NCBI GenBank assembly: GCA_002269645.1
Contig: NIVC01001388.1
Location: forward strand, 124,001-188,000
Direction: 5' to 3'
Source: Macrostomum lignano
Lineage: Eukaryota
Length of the DNA: 64,000 nt
Position 1 is the stretch's first letter, and each line of letters begins with the position of its first letter. A model generated the notes under the pieces. The model was not told the origin of the DNA and made no database searches. It was given only the letters and a program-made list of their open reading frames with translations. The position numbers and the translations under genes are program-made. Below, in pieces: positions 33,546 to 43,800 of this stretch.

Positions 33546-35254
33546 TGGAACTAGCAGATAGTGGCAAAGTCTTGAAGCTTGAATGATAGCTGCAATTCCT
33601 TACTCTTACAAGGTTTGCAGGAGGAGCAGAAACTAGCTATTAATATGCTCTCGTAGAATCCGTCTCGTGAGAAGTGGAGGCTGGGCGGTGGACCACTTCT
33701 AACCCCAAAGCAACAATTGTAAACGCCTCTCGGCTTCTCGGTCTCTGATCTATCTTTCTGTCTCTCACAAAGATTTGTAAGAATAGAAGCATTTGCAATC
33801 TTTCAACGCAGTGCTGGACAGAAGAAATGGGTGGGGTGAGAGGGGTTATTACTGCATGGCATGCAGTTTTTTTTAACCCAAGCCCACCTTTCGGCAGCAA
33901 ACTATCAACAAACCTAATTTTGCATTCCCGCTGTTTATCTCTGCTCTGTCTTTGCATTCTTTCTTTGTCTGACAAGAGTCTGTGAACTCGTAGGCTGTTA
34001 GCATGCTCTAAAATTAAGGAGCTTCTTCATACAGTACAGACCTCTCCTCTTTTTTTCTTTTACCCTCTGCCAGAGAATACAATTGGCTCGCTGCGCTCCC
34101 AAGAAAGGGACACTACTCAAAGCAATGCTTACAAGTTTATAGGTAAAGCCGAATACAAATGCAGTGAGAGAATAGGAAAATGCAACTATTTTTCATTTGA
34201 ACTATGGCTGATAACTTTGTAAGTAAAAGGCATAGAAAGATTCGGTTTGCAACATTCAACGCAAAACATTCAGAATTTTATGATTCCCAAGGTTGAGTAG
34301 CATTATTAACAAAACTGTTCTTTCTTTTAGCGCGGAAAAAAAGATTTTAAAACCCATTGTGGCGGGAAACTCGAACGCCAGTAGATCATAGAAGCCCCCA
34401 ATGACATCGGTTTCGAGCAAGGTTTCCGCCTCGTCCTCGTAGTAAGACATGGCCCTCTCTCGCCGAGTCTGAGCAGGTGTCGTGGTGGTAGGTCGCTCCT
34501 CAGAAACAGTTTTGCTCGGGTAGAATGGCGCGTTCGGAAAGATGCTGAGTACGGCATCAGAAGTTTTTCAGCTGCTTTGGTTGCTCCATCTGCATTTGCA
34601 AATGCGGAGCGATTACGGCTTGAGTTGGATTCCCGAGAGTTGGTTAAAAATAGCCTTTCTGAAAAATGCAGTAAGCAGATCCAAAGCGGTATTTGTGCTT
34701 TGGATCGCTGTGCAACTTTTCCAACTCTGCTGCTGTCCACTTTCGTGGAATCGCAGAGATCCATCTTCGAGAAATTTTAAAGCTTCATACGCACTGGGCT
34801 TGAAAAAGGTCCCTAAATTTGTATCGTCCCTGCCTCTGCGTACTTGAGAAGCAGCTATAGTCACTGTAGAAAGCAAATGCATTTTACACAAGATAAACTG
34901 CCCCATGTAGTTTCTACAGGATTCAATTAAACAACTGTTCAATAAGACGTTTCGCACGTTTGCAATGAATTTATGACTAATTGCGTACATTAGGATTTTA
35001 TAGTTGTAGCATATGCAAAAAGAGCTGACAAGTGATTATCGGATATTTTAGGCTAACAAACGAGTAAGCTAAATTCCGATAAAACCCATTCACACACCTC
35101 CAATTTAAAGTTCTGCACTTCCACACAGTTTAGTAGAAAGATAAGCAAGTTTGATTTAGTTAGGTACTAGCAATCCAGCCCGTTCGGGGAGTGCAAAAAA
35201 GAAAATGAAAATATTGCTTAAATTAAAGAATAGACCCATGCGATGCTTCCAGTA

Positions 35255-35490
35255 AGCCTTGGCATCTCAACAATCCCACAAGCCTTGACATCTTAGAAAT
35301 TCCCCATAAGCCTTGACATCCCAGCAATTCCCCATAAGCCTTGACATCTCAGCAATTCCCCATAAGCCTTGACATCTTAGCAATTCCCCCAGCTGTAAGC
35401 CTTGACATCCCAGCAATTCCCCTAGCTATAAGCCTTGACATATTAGCAATTTCCCATTAAGCCTTGACATCTCAGCAATTCCCTCTTAAA
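35255..35490. repeat. About 28-nt minisatellite (TAAGCCTTGACATCTCAGCAATTCCCCA)
   Basis: About 8 degenerate tandem units. Confidence 0.9.
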
Positions 35491-35507
35491 CCTAGCACAA
35501 TGGTAGA

Positions 35508-36620
35508 TTGTATAGTATGCAACTGAGTTGAATAATGGCCATAGACACTCGTGCGCTACGCTACGCGCACTCGAGTTTTGGCCATTATTCAACTCAGTTG
35601 CATACTATACAAGTGCATTGTATTTATACTTTCACTCAGCGCTCAGTCATTATTCCACACTTTTGCGGCCATTATTCCACACTTTTGTCGCTGTCATCAT
35701 TCCACACTTTTTATCATGCTTCAATTGGCTGTTTTAAGAGTTGTTTTATTCATAGACGACTGAGTTGTGTGGCTTAGTTTGACCATAGACAACACTGTGA
35801 TGAGTGCTGATTTCGCTTGCGTCTTGCAAGAAATCAGGAAAGCGAGTAGTGGGAGAAAAAGCTATTTGTCTTGTCAAACAACCATGGCTGGTGCATCTCG
35901 TCAAACAGCCGCGCTTATTAATTGAAAAAATCTTCCTGTCGACGACTGAACGAACCGTGCGGCGCTACCGCACCGCACCGCTACCGCAGGAAGAAAACGC
36001 GACCATGCAGTCTTCAACGCCTCGACGGCTATAAACGATGCCTGAAAGCGGCCAATCGATTCAGTCGAGCAGCCGACAGTCCCAAAGAATCCCAGCTTGG
36101 ATACTGCAGTACCAAAGAAGCTCATCAGACGAAGCTCATCAGTCGCATGCCAATTTAACCAAGACGTGCATCTTTCAAATGGTAAGTTCGGCAACTATAC
36201 TTGAGCACCTGTATTCCTCTTTCATAGAAAACATTCAACATAGACCAACTCCTTTTGCAGTGCCAAATCATCAGGCTAAAGTGTCGAGCATCTTTGGAAA
36301 CTGCGGCTTTGAGAACTGTGCATGTTTCACTTTGGGTGACAAATTGATTTTTACATTGTCAAATTTCGACTACAAACTGATAAACTGCACTAGCTGTGAC
36401 ATTTATTATTAACTCTTTTCGTGTAGCTGGTACTTTAGTTTTAATGATTTTTCCTTTTTGTTCATTCACTTCTTGTTATTCTGTATTTATTAACAAAAAT
36501 ACTGAGCGATGGATTTTTTCAATCCAAATGTCTATGGTACACATCAAAACTGTGGAATAATGGCCAAAATATTTTTTCATTGCGTCTGGGTAAAAGTATA
36601 ATTACAATGTCGTTGAGGCA
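35508..36620. mobile_element. Foldback / Crypton-like non-autonomous element with terminal hairpin
   Basis: Perfect 34-bp inverted repeat 35508-35541/35579-35612; imperfect inverted repeat about 35616-35690 vs 36545-36612; internal SSIFGNCGFENCACF peptide reminiscent of Crypton/DUF3504 C-termini (from memory). Confidence 0.5.
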
Positions 36621-36849
36621 TTTCTGTTCAAGTGATTATGCACTTTAGTAACACCCGACTTTAATTCAAACAATCAGTTCCGGATTGAAACAATTAAAGT
36701 TAAAGACAAAGATATTCATAAATATTACAATTTAATAAGCTAGGTATAGCTATTTATAACTCAGCAGCAGCTCAAGAATTGAAGTTTAGTCTATGGCCAT
36801 TGACGTATTGAGCTCTCACTGCAAGAAAAATACACTAATTAGATAGTGA

Positions 36850-37050
36850 TAATACCGTTTTTCGAATATTTAATCCCTTTAGCATTGAGCAATTTCTTAG
36901 CCACGACCCCATGTACCGTCATGGAGAAATTTCTGATCGAATGGTGCAAGTTTGGTGGAAATCGGTTTAGCCGTTTTTTCTATTTATCGCACAGACATAC
37001 AGACAGATAGACAGAGACAGCTTAGATTTAGATAGATAGAATATATCGCT
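36850..37050 (-). mobile_element. Helitron-like non-autonomous fragment
   Basis: Minus strand contains AATGCTAAAGGGATTAAATATTCGAAAAAC, shared with 56270-56300, and a TCTATATCTAAATCT-type start. Confidence 0.6.
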
Positions 37051-37802
37051 GTATTTGTATTGATTAATAAATATTGTAAGTTTTAACAGTGTAATAGGCT
37101 ACATTGTCATGATTAGCTACATGACATTCTTAAGAATTCTAGAAATAGTATATGTATAGGCGGCTCCGCCGCGATACTAATAAAAGTTTCAGGCAAAATT
37201 TCATTTCTGCAATTTGCTGCGCATTTTAGCACTGATTACCCATTAAAAATCTAGTCTATTGACTATTGTTATGATTAAAAAAGTCACAATTTAGCTATAT
37301 AAAATCTCTACATACAACTGCACCAGTTGTATTCTGTGGGTATAAGCATGTTAGCTAGGAATAGTAGAGTGAAATAGGAACCATTAATGGTGCGTGTAGA
37401 AAGTATTTCAACATTAGAATGAAGATAGCATCAGCAAATTTTCATCTCGCTGTAGTGGATAAATCTGGATAACAGCTTAGTTTTCTGTGAAAATATTAGG
37501 ATATTTCGAATAACAAAAACATGCATTATTTTCGAATAAAAAATTAATCTTATTTAAAACTTTCACACTCAAGGCCTCCATTAGGCTGGTTTATACAGTC
37601 GGCTACTGTTAACACCCCTAATTCCAGTAATTCGAACTCGAAAATGAGGCACAATGACTGCCATCATGGCTAACGCAGAGGCCATCTCCCATCGCTGTCT
37701 CAATCCATCAAACGTCCTTCACAGTCATTCAATTAAATATTCGAACAGTTTATTTTCGAGCTTCAGACACAGCAGCAGCTTCTCCTTGAACGTCAGTTCA
37801 GC

Positions 37803-40800
37803 TCAGTGCATCCACAGACCGGCCCAGAAGGCGGCGGCCAAGGCCAAGAACACGCAAGCGTAGGCCACCAGCCAGCCTTCGTTGACGTGCTCGAGCTGCT
37901 TGCCTTTGATCTTTGGCTCCGGCTCGCTGTTGGTGGCAGCCACGGATTCGGTGGACTTGTCAGTCAGCTCAAAGCGTCGGCTGATGGCGCCCTCCAGCTT
38001 CTTGTTGCGGACGGCGCCTTTTGGAAAGTGGAAATGGAAGGGCAGATTAAATTAATACTTTTTGTTGTTCGTAGTCGCAGCACCTAAGTAATGAGCAAAC
38101 AAAGTAGAAGAATACAACACTCGCAAGTCGTCAAATGCATAGGTTCTTTACCGGCTTCCAGCTCCTACGAGACCTGGAAGCAGCGGCCCTGCTGACCCTT
38201 CGGTGGACTCCCGTCCATGCTCTACCCTCCGTTTGAATTCAAAACCAGCATTCCACCGCGTCACGAAGCAAGGAACAACTGGCAACCCAGTAAAATCCAC
38301 TGCTTCACTGACGAGTCCCAAATCAACTCCGCCTCTGTCTACGGTTGCCGCATCTGGTGTCTCGGGGGAGAACCGTGGCGAACTTCTCCCAATACACCGG
38401 CACCTGCCCTACCGTCTTCCAGAACGAAGTTCTCACCATCAGCTCCTATGCCATGGAGCTGTACAACCAGAGAGTCTAGGGGAAGGAAATTACCCACCAC
38501 TCGGGCAGTCAAGCGGCGATCCACGTCTTTGAGTGAACCACAACTTGCTCGCGCACAGTCATCGACTGCATCGCGCAGCTTAATCGCTTAGGCGCCTCCA
38601 AGAAGGTGTCTCTAGGGTGGATCCCCGGACACTCAGGTAACGAGTTGGCCGATTGCCTGGCTAAGGCTGCCTCGATCGGATCTTTTACTGGTTTCCTGCC
38701 CCACCCCAACTGCCGTTTTCACCATTTGGATCAACCAGAGGGTGGCTTCAAAGCACAGGGAGAGGTGGGCTAACACCCTCGATTGCAGACAATCAGGGAC
38801 ATCAGGTCGGTGTCCATATATAGCCCTCTCAGGTTTTGACTGTTCTGCCAGGCATCATCACCTGCAGGGAAAAACCCGTAGCGAGGAGTGCCCCATTCTG
38901 CCTCTCCGGTTTTGAGAATGCGGAGCACTTCATCTGTGAATGCTCCACCTGTACTCAGGACAGGCTCACCTACTACTCGGCCCTCACCGATGTTTTCACG
39001 CCCGGGAATCTCTGCCAGCTCGTCCGCTACTCTAAGGGCTATCGGGCGAGCGACAATCCAACCTCAACTTGGACCCTCTGGAGGGGGACCTCGCTGCTGA
39101 CACCGGCACCACAGTATCTCCCTCCACGACACCGCAGCACCAGCTGCCTGTGGTCGCTAGGGGGTAAGCGGAACGGGCGTCGACGCCTCCCCGCTGTATC
39201 CGGATGCCCGGAACCCCCTGCAGCTGAGTCAAGTCAAAGTCCTTCTACTGCAGTTATCCATGACATGGCACTCACGGATGCGCAGGCACTCGAACAGAAT
39301 CATGGCGATAATCTGCATTCCCGTGTAGATGGCCAGCACGATCACGGCCCAGAAACGGAACTCCGGCCTGAGACTTTCGAATGTGGCGCCCAGCCAAATG
39401 GCGACGGCTGAAATGTTCCAAGTTAAAGTTATTGAGATGAAAGAACTAAAACTTTATTATTTAAGTTGTAGCCGTACTCTACCATGCATGCATTTAAATG
39501 ACTGAAGAATAATCAATTGACAAAGTAAATGCCATATGCTAGGTGAGTCATGGCTGCCCATTGGGGCCTAAATGATCACCGTAGCGTCAAACAGAGCCCA
39601 TCTCCAACAGCATGAACTCTTGCTGGATGCAGGGATCGCATCCCAATGCTCAGTCAAGCCTGCGACTTACTGGCGAAAGCCATCGCCAACAGGCCGTTCC
39701 AGCGGTGCAGCCGGTTAAAGATCGACCTGTTCTTGGTGCCCGGGTGCGGCCGGAAAATGCCGGCGATGATGTTGATGAGGCCGAGCGACATGCCGATGAC
39801 GCCGAAAATTCCGTGCACCTGGGAATCGGTCTCCCACTCGCCCTCCTTCACCAGGATGTAGATGAAGCCAGCCAGCGCGATAACGTAGCCAATGACCATT
39901 GCGCAGACGTGGATGAGGAACCACAGTTGCTTCTTGACCAGCTCCTGCGTCAGGACCGGACGAGTGTGCCGGGCAACAACGATAGACAGGCCGCATAGGA
40001 AGAGCCAGAAGATGGTCATGAGGGTGCCTGAGGTGCGATGCGGGGGGTTTAGATATTTTTTTCATTCGACAATTCAAGGTGGCGGTCATTGGATGATCAA
40101 CAAAATTCTTTGAATAAGTCATAGACAATTATAGAACCTTTGCTTTTCAAAATTATGTTTTGTATAGATGCATGTGAGTCTCACCGTGAGTCTGCACTTT
40201 GGCTTCGATACCGCTGAAGTACACAGTGGCTTTGTTGCCCATTGGAGTGAGTCGCACAGGAGATCGCAGCGGAATATGAGTGTGCTTGCCGAGGTTGGGG
40301 GTGTCTGCGGTAGTCATGGTGATCAAACGCAATATCTCAACCGTTGTACTATCTCAGGCGAAAGTCCCCAATGCAGCGCAAGCACTTACTTGGCACGTTC
40401 AGTCCTTGAGCCAGTATCACGAACTTGCCCTCAGCCGACATCTTGCTAGTGACAGAGACCAACGAGCTCGTCGTGCTGGTCCGGTTGTACCTGTAGTAGG
40501 AGAAGGTTGCATCGACTGGTCGAACAAACTGGCAGCTGATTCTGTTCGGCTGAACGGGCAGGCTGGCTGCGTCTGCGTTGCCCAATTCAATTCGACTCTT
40601 CATGTCCGTGATGTCCGACTGGATTTGAGGCAGTTGCACGATGGAGATGAGTATTTTACTTGGGGTTGCGGGTGAATTTTTCTAGAATCGTTTATTTGGG
40701 AAGAAACTGTAGGGTATTTGCATGCTTAATAATTTTCCTGATTTAGTTCAGGTCCGTTCAAGCTAAAAAGCGTCCAAGCCATCCTGTTTTGCCAACGGTG

Positions 40801-43800
40801 ACTCCAGCTCGCAGGCCACATCATCCGCGCCGAGTCGTACCGCCCAAAGCCTTTGCAGGAGGTGCTGCTGCTGACGCTTTTGTTGTTGTTGGTTTAGCTG
40901 CGGTGGGCAGACCGAGGTCCTCCCCGCTGACCCTGAGGCAGACACGAGTCCAGGCGAGGGACAGCAAGGGACTGTTACTTCAGCGCTAGGCATAGACGTA
41001 ATCCTCCCCGGAGCCCCGGTCGGCCCCGACGTCATCTCTGCCAGTTATCCTCATCCCTAATGCCCATTGATCGCAGGCCCAGTGGGTCTACCGAATGCCA
41101 GAGTTCGTGTCCGTGGCAGAGGACCTCCACCCGACACCTGACAGTCTGGCACTGGCAGTCAGCCAGCCCCTAGGGGCTGCTGACGCTGCAGGCACCCTAC
41201 CGGCGAGCACAGGCGCGCATTCGGCGTTTGATCGACTGCCCGCTGATAGACGTCGGCGCCCCGGACTGTTTCGGCGCAACGGCCTATGCTAGCGCTCAAG
41301 CCATGAAGTGGGCCCTGTGTGACGCTTTTATGACTAGCTAGACCTTGTCTCAGCGTGTTTTGTTGGTGCTTTTGTTGTTATTAAGTTTATGAACGACCTC
41401 GCGTGTTCAAAACACACTCTGAACCTCATGGAAAGGTTTGCAGACACAGGGGTACATGTACATGCCCACTTTACTGTTAGAGCGTTACAACGGGAAATGG
41501 TTTAAAGCAAAGTTTTGCGGGAGAAGGATTTGCAGTTGGAAGACTGAGCACATCGAGTTCGAATACTCACCCTGTACACGGGTACGAAGAACTCTCCTGG
41601 AGCGAACCCAAACTCCATGCGAGTTTTCGAGTTCTTGGAATCATAGCCACACAAAACGATCTCGAGGTCCTCCTGTTGAGTTAATATGGATAAATTTAAC
41701 TGTGCCAATTTTCGTTTGATTTTTTTCCATTTATTCGTAGGCCTCATTGATTGATTTTAGGCATCAAGCTACCATCACTCTGTGATGAACAGTTTTCTAA
41801 AGGTTTTCTTAAATTTTCACAGTAATGTGCGACCAGTATCTGCCAGTAACCCACGCCTACTGACTCATCAATGTGAAATTCATTCAAAATGTGAATTTCA
41901 CAGTTCTGGGAAAGGGCGGCAAGACTGGCTATGAAAACAGAAAAGCCCAGAAGTTTGCCAGCTGCTTCTCTGAGTGAAATTCGTCTTTCAGCTTCTACAA
42001 ACTTTGTTTGCCTGCAGAGTTTGCGGCTCAGAGATAATTGAGTTTGCCGTCTCAGTGGAGTTTGCAGAGTTTATCTGCACCCAAGTGTTCACTCACTCAC
42101 ATTAGAGATCGTGTGCATTTGTTCAGCAAAAAACTAAGTTTCGGACATATTTTTCTACTGACAATCGGCTCATAGTTTGTTTCTCAGACTCTGACTCAAC
42201 AAAGTTGATACGGTGAAGCCGTGTGTTTCAACTGAGTTTCTTTCACGAGGATTTGTCACTGACAGATCTTTATCTTTACTCAATTGTCTCACATAACACA
42301 TGGTGATTTGCTTCAGCTCAAACTTGGTCACGATGGCTGGAATTGAGTCCCTATCCGTGGCTGCAATTGAGTCCCTATCCGTGGCTGGAATTGAGTCCCT
42401 ATCCGTGGCTGGAATTGAGTCCCTATCCGTGGCTGGAATTGAGTCCCTATCCGTGGCTGGAATTGAGTCCCTATCCGTGGCTGGAATTGAGTCCCTATCC
42501 GTGGCTGGAATTGAGTCCCTAGCTATGGCTGGAATTGAGTCCCTATCCATGGCTGGAATTGAGTCCCTATCCGTGGCTGGAATTGAGTCCCTATCCATGG
42601 CTGGAATTGAGTCCCTATCCGTGGCTGGAATTGAGTCCCTATCCATGGCTGGAATTGAGTCCCTATCCGTGGCTGGAATTGAGTCCCTATCCGTGGCTGG
42701 AATTGACTCCCTATCCGTGGCTGGAATTGACTCCCTATCCGTGGCTGGAATTGACTCCCTATCCGTGGCTGGAATTGAGTCCCTATCCGTGGCTGGAATT
42801 GAGTCCCTATCCGTGGCTGGAATTGAGTCCCTATCCGTGGCTGGAATTGAGTCCCTATCCGTGGCTGGAATTGAGTCCCTATCCGTGGCTGGAATTGAGT
42901 CCCTAATTGAGTCCCTATCTATGGCTGGAATTGAGTCCCTAGCTATGGCTGGAATTGAGTCTCTAGCTATGGCTGGAATTGAGTCTCTAGCTATGGCTGG
43001 AATTGAGTCCCTATCCATGGCTGGAATTGAGTCCCTATCCGTGGCTGGAATTGAGTCCCTATCCATGGCTGGAATTGAGTCCCTATCCGTGGCTGGAATT
43101 GAGTCCCTATCCGTGGCTGGAATTGACTCCCTATCCGTGGCTGGAATTGACTCCCTATCCGTGGCTGGAATTGACTCCCTATCCGTGGCTGGAATTGAGT
43201 CCCTATCCGTGGCTGGAATTGAGTCCCTATCCGTGGCTGGAATTGAGTCCCTATCCGTGGCTGGAATTGAGTCCCTCGCTATGGCTGGAATTGAGTCCCT
43301 CGCTATGGCTGGAATTGAGTCCCTATCCATGGCTGGAATTGAGTCCCTATCCATGGCTGGAATTGAGTCATGCTTTCCAGTCTTTATAAAAGCATTTCAA
43401 AAAAATCAAAATCGATCGCAGAACTCGGCTAACGAATAATTTTTTAATGCCAATCAAGTGCTAGAAATTAAAGGCTAAACCATATTGCTAATGCATTTTG
43501 AGACTCACCATCTCGGTAGAGTCACCCAGACCCACAGCCAGCCAGTCGAATGTGTGGCCGAAAATCTCAAACATCAGCTGGTTGGTCGATGGCATCGGGG
43601 TGATCATCACGCCGTAGCGGCAGCCGCCGCGGGTGTCGCACGACGGCGGGTAGAGAGAGCAGGTCTTGGTGGAGCCGCAACCGAACATGGTCGGCATGGA
43701 CTGCAGCGTGTCCTGTGGGCGGTAACAAAGACTCAAGATAACACAAACAGTTCAATAGGCGGGTGAGAGTCAACCGTTGAAACATCTTTGAGTCCTAAAA

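Noticed and set aside
36118-36150. Hammerhead ribozyme (two CTGATGAG on the minus strand)
   Set aside because: No GAAA core or stem II/III pairing follows.
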